A DNA stretch of 64,000 nt from Bacteroidales bacterium (GTDB lineage: Bacteria; Bacteroidota; Bacteroidia; Bacteroidales; P3). The stretch covers positions 7,994-71,993 of the forward strand of contig WQWA01000005.1 in NCBI GenBank assembly GCA_009785505.1, given 5' to 3'. Below are positions 34,477 to 43,018 of the stretch, in pieces. The position numbers and the translations under genes were made by a program. Within the stretch, counting starts at the first letter, position 1. The number at the start of each line of letters is the position of its first letter. The notes under the pieces were generated by a model that had not been told where the DNA came from, ran no database searches, and saw nothing but the letters and a program-made list of their open reading frames with translations.

Positions 34477-36009
34477 TTAATCAACTTTTGTGTCAAAAAA
34501 GCCATTCCCAATAACACGTCCGTCTTCGGTAAGGTTATAGCGTGGTGCTTCGGAAGTTGAAGAGTGCGCAGGCTCGACCATTTTCACATTACGACGCATA
34601 TACGCGGGAACTCGCTCGATTTCTTCCAAACCTTCAACAGTTTTCACTTTAGCACTCAACTCACGAAGTTGTTGAATACGATCGGCACTATGGACTTGAA
34701 AACGGTCAGTGTTTACAGTCGGTGTGTTCACTTTTTCTACGCGCAAATACGGTTCGTCTTTACTCGGAAATTCATCCACAACCTGAACTTTCGCAGGAGC
34801 AGGAATACGCTGTTCCATGAAATTCAAAGAAGCTTCCAAGCTATTTGGTTCTGCTATTCTTTCAGATATTGTGGGTCTTTCGAAAGCTCGACGATCTTCC
34901 CACTCGTCATCAAGATTGTACACAGGTGTAGACGTTTCAGATGAACCAAATATTGGTTGTTTAGAATCGTCCGATATTTGACCTTTTTCCAAATCAATTC
35001 TTTTCGGCTCTTTTCTTGTGTAGAGCTCGCTTTCTGAAAAACCTGTCGCGATAAGGGTTATAGCGATTTTATCGCCAAGAGTCTCATTATTTCCTGCACC
35101 CCAGATAACATCGACATTGGTGCCTGTTGTTCTTTGAACGAAGTTTGTGATTTCTTCAAATTCGCTCATCGTTACTTCATTTTCTACAGACGAAGAAATA
35201 TACAGCAATACATTTTTCGCTCCATTGATGTTGTTATCGTTCAGCAATGGCGATTCTATTGCCCGCTCCACCGCTTTAATCGCACGGTCCTCGCCTTCTG
35301 CCGAACCAAAACCCATCAAGGCTACGCCGCTTTCTTGCATCACAGTGTTCACATCACGGAAGTCAATCTGAACGGTCGAGCGAACAGTCATGATTTCGGA
35401 AATACCTTTCACTGCCGTATTCAAAATTTCATTTGCCAACGCAAAAGCTTGACCCAGCTTAAACTCGCCGTATTCTTTAAGTTTATCGTTGTTGATGATA
35501 AGAATTGCGTCTACATGTTTGCGAAGTTCGGCAATACCCTCTTGTGCTTGTTGAATACGTTTGCGACCTTCGATGCTGAACGGAGTTGTAACAACAGCAA
35601 CCGTTAGAATACGCTTTACTTCTTCGTCTTCGAGTTCGATTTCTTTCAAAAGTTTTGCAACCACAGGAGCCGCTCCGGTTCCGGTTCCACCGCCCATTCC
35701 GGCAGTAATGAACACCATCTGTGTGTTGTTTTCAAACAAAGCTTTAATCTCATCAGCTTTGTCAATAGCCGCTTTTTCCGCTACAGACGGCATATTTCCG
35801 GCACCAAGACCTTTGCCAAGCTGAATTTTATTCGGCACAGGGCTTCCGTCCAACGACGATGCATCAGTATTGCAAACAATAAAATCGACACCTTGAATGC
35901 CGTGTTCAAACATGTGGTTTACTGCATTGCTCCCACCGCCACCAACACCAATAACTTTGATATAAGATGATTGATTGCGAGGAAATTCAAATTTTAAAAT
36001 ATCTTCCAT
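34477..36009 (-). CDS. ftsZ: cell division protein FtsZ
   Basis: GVGGGGSNAVNHM and GMGGGTGTGAAPV tubulin signatures. Long linker and a C-terminal VPAYMRRN peptide. Confidence 0.95.
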   Translation of the reverse strand: MEDILKFEFPRNQSSYIKVIGVGGGGSNAVNHMFEHGIQGVDFIVCNTDASSLDGSPVPNKIQLGKGLGAGNMPSVAEKAAIDKADEIKALFENNTQMVFITAGMGGGTGTGAAPVVAKLLKEIELEDEEVKRILTVAVVTTPFSIEGRKRIQQAQEGIAELRKHVDAILIINNDKLKEYGEFKLGQAFALANEILNTAVKGISEIMTVRSTVQIDFRDVNTVMQESGVALMGFGSAEGEDRAIKAVERAIESPLLNDNNINGAKNVLLYISSSVENEVTMSEFEEITNFVQRTTGTNVDVIWGAGNNETLGDKIAITLIATGFSESELYTRKEPKRIDLEKGQISDDSKQPIFGSSETSTPVYNLDDEWEDRRAFERPTISERIAEPNSLEASLNFMEQRIPAPAKVQVVDEFPSKDEPYLRVEKVNTPTVNTDRFQVHSADRIQQLRELSAKVKTVEGLEEIERVPAYMRRNVKMVEPAHSSTSEAPRYNLTEDGRVIGNGFFDTKVD

Positions 36010-36028
36010 TTTTAGTCATAATTTTACA

Positions 36029-36050
36029 CCTACAAAGTTAGACAAAAAAA
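36029..36050 (-). promoter_or_regulatory. Bacteroidota-type promoter for ftsZ
   Basis: The reverse complement reads TTTTTTTGTCTAACTTTGTAGG (TAACTTTG box), about 20 nt upstream of the ATG at 36009. Confidence 0.5.
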
Positions 36051-36132
36051 TAAACATTCGTAATAATCATTCGAAAATTTTATTCACTATGGATTGTTAA
36101 TTTCGAAAAGCACAAAAAATTTTGCAGATTCA

Positions 36133-36154
36133 TTTTTTTTTCGTATCTTTGCAA
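36133..36154 (+). promoter_or_regulatory. Bacteroidota-type promoter for tRNA-Leu
   Basis: TTTTTTTTTCGTATCTTTGCAA, 18 nt upstream of the tRNA 5' end. Confidence 0.6.
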
Positions 36155-36171
36155 TCCCTTTTCAGGGAAAA

Positions 36172-36255
36172 GCCCAGATGGCGGAATTGGTAGACGCGCT
36201 GGTCTCAAACACCAGTATGGTTAAACATGTGCCGGTTCGACCCCGGCTCTGGGTA
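36172..36255 (+). tRNA. tRNA-Leu (anticodon CAA), type II with long variable arm
   Basis: Acceptor stem GCCCAGA/TCTGGGT, a D-arm nearly identical to E. coli tRNA-Leu, anticodon stem-loop CTGGT-CTCAAAC-ACCAG, and T-arm GCCGG-TTCGACC-CCGGC. CCA is not encoded. Confidence 0.9.
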
Positions 36256-36257
36256 CG

Positions 36258-36289
36258 AAGGGCGTATTGCATACGCCCTTTTTATTTTT
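36258..36289 (+). terminator. rho-independent terminator after tRNA-Leu
   Basis: AAGGGCGTAT-TGC-ATACGCCCTT followed by TTTATTTTT. Confidence 0.75.
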
Positions 36290-36294
36290 GATTT

Positions 36295-36948
36295 ATGTCA
36301 GAATTTCAAAACATAACGCCTGCAAATATCAGTGAATATGCAGATCTGCACACATCCGATTTACCTGTATTTTTACAAGAATTGGAGCGCGAAACATATG
36401 TAAAGTCTATCAACCCCAGAATGCTTTCGGGAAAACTACAAGGACAATTCTTAAATTTGATTTGTCGAATGATCAAACCTGAAAACATCTTAGAAATTGG
36501 TACTTTTACAGGATATTCCGCACTTTCAATGGCATACGGAATGAGCGAAAAATCTCATCTTTATACGATCGAAGTCAATCCCGAGCAAGAAGAAATCATT
36601 CGCAAATATATTGAAAAGTCCGGGTTTTCCGAACAAATTACTTTAATTATCGGCGAAGCAAAAAACGAAATACCTAATTTTAAAAATGATTTTTTCGAGC
36701 TGATCTTTTTAGATGCCGACAAGATAAATTATCCGTTGTACTACGAGTTACTGATGCCAAAACTCAAAAAAGGCGGTGTTTTGATTGCCGACAATGCGCT
36801 TTGGAGTGGAGCTGTAACCAATGAAAACAGCAAAGACAAAGAGGTTGTCGCACTTCAAATGTTTAATGATTTGGTGCAAAACGACAAAACATCCCAAAAC
36901 GTTTTGTTGCCGTTCCGAGATGGATTGATGTGTGTAGTCAAGGTTTAA
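36295..36948 (+). CDS. class I SAM-dependent O-methyltransferase (caffeoyl-CoA OMT / YrrM-like)
   Basis: ILEIGTFTGYSAL SAM motif and FLDADK. 217 aa. Confidence 0.85.
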   Translation: MSEFQNITPANISEYADLHTSDLPVFLQELERETYVKSINPRMLSGKLQGQFLNLICRMIKPENILEIGTFTGYSALSMAYGMSEKSHLYTIEVNPEQEEIIRKYIEKSGFSEQITLIIGEAKNEIPNFKNDFFELIFLDADKINYPLYYELLMPKLKKGGVLIADNALWSGAVTNENSKDKEVVALQMFNDLVQNDKTSQNVLLPFRDGLMCVVKV

Positions 36949-37015
36949 CGCTTTATGTAGCGGGATTGGCTACGCCGGCCCTTCGGTGTTCCTCGACTTA
37001 GCTAGAAATGACGCG

Positions 37016-37639
37016 TTAGCGTGAACGCCTTCGTCTTTGTTCTTCTTGGTTTCTTCCCTCTTGCCTTCCGCGACTTCTTGCATTGAGGAGTTCGCGGTGA
37101 AAGCTACGTTCTGCATCATAGAACACCAACACACGTTGAGGCGAAAGCAGCTGGGTCAAATCGTTGTGAAATTGTCGTTCTAAGTCAATTTGTCTGGCTT
37201 GGTTATCCACCAATCGTTGAACTTCATCGTCTGATAAGTTTGAAATATCAAAGACAGGTCTTTCGCCCGATGCTTGTCGCACACGTGTTTTTCGACGGGT
37301 TTCGCTAATTAGCATTTCACGTTGATTTCTATACGTGATGTATAGTGTCCAAAATTTTTCGAATTCTTCCCGCGTAAGTTCCAATCGTCCGGAAATATAG
37401 GCGACACGTTGTGCCCAAATTTCTGTCTGTTCCCGACCCTCTCTTGTGTGTGCTTCAACTGCTCGCATCCTTCTCTGCATCTCTCGCAGTTCTCTTGTCT
37501 CTGCTTGCCATTCCTCAAATTGTTGCTGTTCTGCAGACTGTGCTCGCCGTTCTGCTTCTCGCATTGTTCCTTCCGAAGCATGAAGGTTTCCTGAAAGTGC
37601 AAAAAAGCCTAATAAACAAGTGATCAAAAATATCTTCAT
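37016..37639 (-). CDS. secreted R/E/Q-rich coiled-coil protein (Spy/CpxP-like periplasmic partner of the ECF module?)
   Basis: Has a signal peptide. Highly charged helical sequence with LT..(Q/L)-like motifs (LTREEF, LTQLL). Basic tail QEEQRRRRSR. Confidence 0.5.
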   Translation of the reverse strand: MKIFLITCLLGFFALSGNLHASEGTMREAERRAQSAEQQQFEEWQAETRELREMQRRMRAVEAHTREGREQTEIWAQRVAYISGRLELTREEFEKFWTLYITYRNQREMLISETRRKTRVRQASGERPVFDISNLSDDEVQRLVDNQARQIDLERQFHNDLTQLLSPQRVLVFYDAERSFHRELLNARSRGRQEGRNQEEQRRRRSR

Positions 37640-37651
37640 ATCAATAAAATT

Positions 37652-38011
37652 TTAGTGATAGTCAAAAAAGTCGTAGTTAAAAAGTTCGAAAAAGTCGAAA
37701 GAACCCAAAAGATCCAAAAAATAGTCATCACATATTTCCATAACACAAAAATCAAATCCCGCCAATAAAGAATCCGACAACGGTGTTGCGTTCGGAACAG
37801 CAAACCAAATACCCAAAAGTAAAAGACCACAAGCCGCAACGCTCCACCACAAGGGCTTTGACGCCAAAAAAGGCTTTTTCTTTACCTTTGAAACCGAACA
37901 TTTCGACAACACCGCCGTCGGTAATTCTTCGAAATATCCGTCCGGCACATTAAATGCGTTTCTTCGCGGTATGTCTGATAACAAGTTGCTCATTTTTGTT
38001 TCGCTTTTCAT
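37652..38011 (-). CDS. putative anti-sigma factor (single-pass membrane protein)
   Basis: Immediately downstream of the ECF sigma gene. One TM segment (WWSVAACGLLLLGIWFAV). Acidic/aromatic tail DYFLDLLGSFDFFELFNYDFFDYH. Confidence 0.45.
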   Translation of the reverse strand: MKSETKMSNLLSDIPRRNAFNVPDGYFEELPTAVLSKCSVSKVKKKPFLASKPLWWSVAACGLLLLGIWFAVPNATPLSDSLLAGFDFCVMEICDDYFLDLLGSFDFFELFNYDFFDYH

Positions 38012-38039
38012 AGGTTTGACGTTTGAAGTTAAAAAAGGT

Positions 38040-38579
38040 TTAATCGGACTTTAAAATCTTTTCAATTTTTTCTACTGCAATATGATAAGAAGCCTTCAAT
38101 GCACCTGTCGAAGTGCCTAATATCTCGCTCATTTCCTCATATTTAACACTCTCGTAATAGCGCATGTTGAAAACCAAACGTTGTTTTTCGGGAAGTGTCA
38201 AGATGGCTTTTTGTAGTTTTTTTTCGATTTCGTCACCAGTAAAATTGGATCCGGTGTCTATTTTGTTCGATAATTGCCGTTCCACATCCACGATTGGGAC
38301 AAACAGTTTTCGACGTTTGTGTCTCAAAAAATTTAGGGTTTCATTAACTGCGATACGATAAATCCATGTTGAAAGTTTAGATTTTCCTTCAAAATCGTTG
38401 ATTTTTTCAAACACTTTGATGAATGTGGCTTGCGTTAAATCATCAGCATCATCGTGATCAATAACCATTCGGCGAATCAAACGGTACGTTTTTTCTTGTT
38501 CCTGCTGCATGAGTTGGCGGAACGCAAAATTTCGGCTTTTTTCGCAACGAAGTTGTTGTATCAAAACATCCTCATTCAT
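38040..38579 (-). CDS. ECF-type RNA polymerase sigma-70 family factor
   Basis: Region 2 (DADDLTQATFIKVF...WIYRIAVNETLNFLR) and region 4 (LPEKQRLVFNMRYYE..YEEMSEILG). The ATG at 38579 overlaps the upstream stop (ATGAATGA). Confidence 0.85.
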   Translation of the reverse strand: MNEDVLIQQLRCEKSRNFAFRQLMQQEQEKTYRLIRRMVIDHDDADDLTQATFIKVFEKINDFEGKSKLSTWIYRIAVNETLNFLRHKRRKLFVPIVDVERQLSNKIDTGSNFTGDEIEKKLQKAILTLPEKQRLVFNMRYYESVKYEEMSEILGTSTGALKASYHIAVEKIEKILKSD

Positions 38580-39801
38580 TGGCTCTGATGGTAGTAACAC
38601 CAATTAATCGGTCGTGTCGATCGGACATGCCGCGATAATAAACATAGATGGTGTAATTGTTCCGCGTGAGTTGATGACTACCTTCAAAATGAGTAATATC
38701 AACAGTTTGCGTGCGTCTGTCAAATACAACATATTGATAATCATACCAGCCTTGTTTCAAAAACAAGCGTTTCACATAACGGCTGTTTACGAAATCGTAC
38801 TCCATTTGTGAACTTTCATCAATTGCCCAGTTCGTCAATTCGCCGAATACGTGCACCGTTCGATGTTCTCCTAAGAAATTTGTAAACAACGAAAATTCCA
38901 CGAGTGTATATTCGGCTTCAATACTTGGATTTTGTCGTCGATCGGCACGAACAACGTATCGCCCATTAATGTCACCGTTGTCCATAAACGTTCCTCTCGC
39001 ACGGCTTTCATCGGGCAGAAGTTGAACCAAAAACTGATCATGCAACATCGTGATATTTCCGACACCACGCCCGTGAAAAGTCAGAAACTGCGTGTCGAAA
39101 TTTCGAAATTCATTTCCTCCTTCGAATATCAATTCTTGGGAATCTGCGAATCTTAAAGTTCTTCCGGAAATGTGTTGCGGTTGCACTCTCCGAACATTAT
39201 CTGTCCTCCTGTTTTGTTGAACCAATACCGTCAGATTTCGGTGAGGTTGAGAAATGTCGAAACCACGTGGGGTAATGTCAAATTCGAGTTGTTGATGCGT
39301 TCGCCGAAGTTCGACACGGCGAGGCGGGATAACGTTTGCATTGATTGCAACAACTTCTTCGGTAACGAAAAAATGAATCGTTAAGAGTACCGTTTCGGGA
39401 TCGTTTGCATCAAAAATTTCGCATTTAAAATTGCCGGAAACCAAGAATCGTGTGCGTTCATCGGGAAATGAAAATCGGTAGTGTGTGTATTCCGCAATCG
39501 TGTTGATTGAAAAACTTATATCGTCAATTTGAAAACGGTTTATTCCTGTAATGTATTGAATAGGTCGCAAATCCGACGGTGTCCAATCGGCGTTGGCGAG
39601 CACAAAGCGGTATTCCAACGTGCGTACGATGTCCGGTGTAATTTCATCGAACGAAACGTGTAATCGGTCGTTGCTATTCAATCGAATAACCGGAAGACCC
39701 AAAACATCGCCTGTTGGCATGGTTTTTACGGTGGTGAATATCTGGCCGAAAGTTACAGTTGATAAACCAATGCAAATGATTATGGATAGTAGTTTCTTCA
39801 T
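38572..39801 (-). CDS. DUF5103-like secreted protein (family of the type IX secretion plug protein, from memory)
   Basis: Signal peptide ...VTFG|Q. The blocks GGNEFRNFD, INGRY, NPSIEAEYTLVEFSL, KQGWYDYQY and YYRGMSDRHDRLIG match what I recall of DUF5103 proteins. Confidence 0.5.
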   Translation of the reverse strand: MKKLLSIIICIGLSTVTFGQIFTTVKTMPTGDVLGLPVIRLNSNDRLHVSFDEITPDIVRTLEYRFVLANADWTPSDLRPIQYITGINRFQIDDISFSINTIAEYTHYRFSFPDERTRFLVSGNFKCEIFDANDPETVLLTIHFFVTEEVVAINANVIPPRRVELRRTHQQLEFDITPRGFDISQPHRNLTVLVQQNRRTDNVRRVQPQHISGRTLRFADSQELIFEGGNEFRNFDTQFLTFHGRGVGNITMLHDQFLVQLLPDESRARGTFMDNGDINGRYVVRADRRQNPSIEAEYTLVEFSLFTNFLGEHRTVHVFGELTNWAIDESSQMEYDFVNSRYVKRLFLKQGWYDYQYVVFDRRTQTVDITHFEGSHQLTRNNYTIYVYYRGMSDRHDRLIGVTTIRANE

Positions 39802-39803
39802 GG

Positions 39804-41039
39804 TTAGAAAAAGAACAAATAAGCCACAAAAATCGCAGCAATCACACCAACAAAATCGCTCATCAATCCCGCTTGCACGGAATAACGTATGCGTTTAATT
39901 CCTACGGAACCAAAGTACAAGGCAATAATATAAAACGTTGTATCCGTAGAGCCTTGAAATAAGGCGGACAACCTTCCTACGAAGCTATCCGCACCATAAG
40001 TCGCCATAGTTTCTATCATCAAGGCCCTTGCACCGCTTCCACTCATTGGCCGCATAATTGCAGTAGGTAAAGCATTCACCCAGTCAGTGGGTAATCCAAC
40101 AGCAGAAACACACCAAGCAATGCCGCCAATCAACATATCCATTGCTCCGGAAGCCCTGAAAACAGCGATTGCCACAAGCATTCCAACTAAAAAAGGAATG
40201 ATTTTTATAATGGTCATAAAGCCATCTTTCGCGCCGTCAATAAACGCATCGTAAACATTAATACGCTTGTACAAACCACCTGCAATAAATCCGCAAATAA
40301 TCAAGAGTAACAGACCGTTGCTGATAAGACTTGAAACCGTTTGCATTTGTTCTTCAGGCAATGTTGAAAGATAAAATGTCAACCCTCCCAAAAACGCTGT
40401 TATTCCAATGATCCAGCCTAAAAAAACTGTGTTCAGAAGATTGATTTTTTGCTTAATTCCAACAAAAATAATCGCCGCCAATGTTGAAATATAGGTTGTA
40501 ATCAAAAGCGGAATAACAATATCAGTCGGACTTGAAGCACCCATAATTGCACGTTGTGCGATAATAGAAACCGGAATAATTGCCAACCCTGACGTGTTGA
40601 TTGCCAAAAACATAATTTGTGCATTGCTCGCTACTTCTTTGTCTGGGTTGAGTTCTTGCAGACTTTTCATGGCTTTTAGTCCCATTGGAGTCGCCGCATT
40701 GTCCAAGCCGAGCAGATTTGCAGAAAAATTCATCAATAATTGTCCGGAAGCAGGGTGATCTTTTGGGATTTCGGGAAATAATCTACTAAAAAACGGTCCG
40801 ACAATTCTCGACATAATCCTTATAGCTCCTGCTCTTTCGCCGATATTCATAAAACCCAGCCACAGCGTCATAATTCCGGTTAACGGCAGTGCAATATCAA
40901 GTACTGCCATCCTCGAAGCACTAAATGTCGCATCAATAATGGCTCTGAACGTCGTAGTATCGCCGGTGAACGCAAGGTTCAAAACAGCAACTACGAACGC
41001 TATCAAGAAAAAACCAATCCAAATGTAGTTTAGTACCAT
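39804..41039 (-). CDS. nucleoside-recognition domain membrane protein (SpmA/SpmB-like fusion)
   Basis: 411 aa and polytopic. N-terminal MVLNYIWIGFFLIAF is typical of SpmA-like proteins. Confidence 0.75.
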   Translation of the reverse strand: MVLNYIWIGFFLIAFVVAVLNLAFTGDTTTFRAIIDATFSASRMAVLDIALPLTGIMTLWLGFMNIGERAGAIRIMSRIVGPFFSRLFPEIPKDHPASGQLLMNFSANLLGLDNAATPMGLKAMKSLQELNPDKEVASNAQIMFLAINTSGLAIIPVSIIAQRAIMGASSPTDIVIPLLITTYISTLAAIIFVGIKQKINLLNTVFLGWIIGITAFLGGLTFYLSTLPEEQMQTVSSLISNGLLLLIICGFIAGGLYKRINVYDAFIDGAKDGFMTIIKIIPFLVGMLVAIAVFRASGAMDMLIGGIAWCVSAVGLPTDWVNALPTAIMRPMSGSGARALMIETMATYGADSFVGRLSALFQGSTDTTFYIIALYFGSVGIKRIRYSVQAGLMSDFVGVIAAIFVAYLFFF

Positions 41040-41040
41040 A

Positions 41041-41598
41041 CTATTTTCGAGCGTGATTCATCTTATATTTCCCTGAAATTTGTCCTTTAGAAATCTGCTC
41101 CAATTTTTTTCGCAGCAACATTCGTCTTAAACTGCTCAAATTATCAGTAAATACGCGTCCTTGCAAGTGCTCATATTCATGTTGCAAAATACGTGCTACC
41201 ATGCCGCTGACCGTCTCTGTTTGGCGCACAAAATTTTCATCGTCGTATTCAATTTTGACCATCGGCTTTCGCGAAACATCTTCGTTAATCGTCGGAACAC
41301 TCAAACAACCTTCGTTGTAAACCCATTCTTTACCGCTTTCTTCAAGAATTTCGAGATTGATATACGTTTTTTGAAAGCCTTCCAAATCCGGGTGGTCTTC
41401 CTTAAACGGATCTGCATTTACGACCACAACATTTACCGGAACATTCACTTGAATTGCCGCCAAACCAACGCCGTTTGCGTTGTTCATGGTCTCATATAAA
41501 TCTGCAATCAGCGTTTTCAATTCAGGAAAATCCGGTGTGATTTTTTCCGATTCTTTTCGCAAATTTGGGTGTCCGAATGCTAAAATGGGTCTTATCAT
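41041..41598 (-). CDS. def: peptide deformylase
   Basis: GVGLAAIQV, EGCLS and HEYEHL motifs. Start taken at MIRPILAFG, downstream of the promoter at 41617..41640. Confidence 0.93.
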   Translation of the reverse strand: MIRPILAFGHPNLRKESEKITPDFPELKTLIADLYETMNNANGVGLAAIQVNVPVNVVVVNADPFKEDHPDLEGFQKTYINLEILEESGKEWVYNEGCLSVPTINEDVSRKPMVKIEYDDENFVRQTETVSGMVARILQHEYEHLQGRVFTDNLSSLRRMLLRKKLEQISKGQISGKYKMNHARK

Positions 41599-41707
41599 TA
41601 CGCAAAAATAAATAATTTGCAAAGATACGAAAAAAAATGTATTTTTACAGAAAATTTATCAAAAACGACACATTCGGTTTTTATCTGTGACCGATTGAAT
41701 GCAAAAA

Positions 41708-42943
41708 TCACAGTTGCTTCCGTAGTAAATCCAAGGCTGATAGGCAAGCCCGCACAATATTTCGTTCACGGGTATCACCATAGGAAAATTTCTGAGCAAC
41801 AACCTTTTCAGGCGTTGCAACAGCAATCCAAACTGTACCAACGGGCTTTTCGTCGGTAGCACCACCCGGGCCCGCAATTCCGGAAACGGCAATCGCATAA
41901 TCCGTGTGGAATAATTCTCTACAGCCTTCTGCCATTTCGATTACGCAGGGCTCGCTAACTGCGCCATATTTTTCAAGGGTTCGCAAAGTTACACCGAGCA
42001 AATTCTGTTTGGCTTCGTAAGCATAAACCACCACAGATCCGTTGAAAATCTCCGAACTTCCGGGTATCAACGTAATGCGATGTGCAATGTAGCCACCCGT
42101 GCAGCTTTCGGCAACGGATAACGTTTGTTTTTTTTCTTTCAGTAAACGAAATACAACCGACTCCAAACTTTCATCGTCATAGCCGTAAATCAATTCAGGA
42201 ATAAGTTGGTGCAATTCTCCCAATTGCTTGTTCATTGTTGCATTTAGAGCATTTTCATCAGAACCGAATGCAGATAATCGCAAGCGTAAAACTCCCGGTT
42301 TCGGCAAATAAGCCAGTTTGAAATTTGACGGCAAGGCATCTTCCCAAGATGCGATGCGTTCGGATAAAAACGATTCGCCTAAACCATGCGTCATTATCGT
42401 TTTGTGGATGATGATTTGTCCGCTATTCAAGGTTTTTAGACGAGGAAGCAAATCTCGTTCCACGATTGTTTTCATTTCGTAAGGAACGCCGGGCAGCGAA
42501 ATCAAGATGCCGCCGTGCGGCGTATTAAACCACATGCAAGGTGCTGTTCCGCAGGTATTCTCAATCACTTCGCAACAATCCGGAACTTCGGCTTGCTTAC
42601 GATTAATTTCAGTTAATTCATAGCCTCGTGCTTTGAAAAAAGCGGTATTACTGGCAAGAATCTTTTCGTCCAACACCATTTTTGCTCCAAAAATTTGTGC
42701 TAGACATTGTTTGGTAATATCGTCTTTGGTCGGACCTAAACCTCCGGTTGTAATAACCAAATCATGTCTCGAGATGGCTGATTTTACCGCACGTTCAATT
42801 TCGTTCCCATTGTCCGAGATTGCTAAAATTTCGTCCACTTTTATTCCGATTAGGTTGAGCTGTTCTGCCAACCATGCCGCATTGGTATTGACGACTTGAC
42901 CAATCAGTAATTCGTCGCCGATGGAAATTATTTTTGCTGTCAT
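41708..42943 (-). CDS. cinA: competence/damage-inducible protein CinA (MoCF-binding + NMN amidohydrolase domains)
   Basis: IISIGDELLIGQVVNTNAAWL...TTGGLGPTKDDIT, and C-terminal PncC-like SVAESCTGG. Confidence 0.9.
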   Translation of the reverse strand: MTAKIISIGDELLIGQVVNTNAAWLAEQLNLIGIKVDEILAISDNGNEIERAVKSAISRHDLVITTGGLGPTKDDITKQCLAQIFGAKMVLDEKILASNTAFFKARGYELTEINRKQAEVPDCCEVIENTCGTAPCMWFNTPHGGILISLPGVPYEMKTIVERDLLPRLKTLNSGQIIIHKTIMTHGLGESFLSERIASWEDALPSNFKLAYLPKPGVLRLRLSAFGSDENALNATMNKQLGELHQLIPELIYGYDDESLESVVFRLLKEKKQTLSVAESCTGGYIAHRITLIPGSSEIFNGSVVVYAYEAKQNLLGVTLRTLEKYGAVSEPCVIEMAEGCRELFHTDYAIAVSGIAGPGGATDEKPVGTVWIAVATPEKVVAQKFSYGDTRERNIVRACLSALDLLRKQL

Positions 42944-42970
42944 CTAAGTTATCCCAAATATCAAAAAATT

Positions 42971-43009
42971 TCTGCAAAGATATGAAAAAAAAATCGTATC
43001 TTTGCAAAA
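42971..43009. promoter_or_regulatory. palindromic bidirectional promoter module
   Basis: TCTGCAAAGATATGAAAAAAAAATCGTATCTTTGCAAAA lies between the starts at 42943(-) and 43019(+). Confidence 0.6.
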
Positions 43010-43018
43010 AAAACACTC

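Noticed and set aside
36094-36291. 65-aa ORF listed across this interval
   Set aside because: It reads straight through the tRNA-Leu(CAA) gene and its terminator. The tRNA cloverleaf explains the sequence.
36255-38603. Genomic island integrated at the 3' end of tRNA-Leu
   Set aside because: There is no integrase or recombinase, I could find no direct repeat of the tRNA 3' end, and the downstream genes are ordinary (a methyltransferase and an ECF module).
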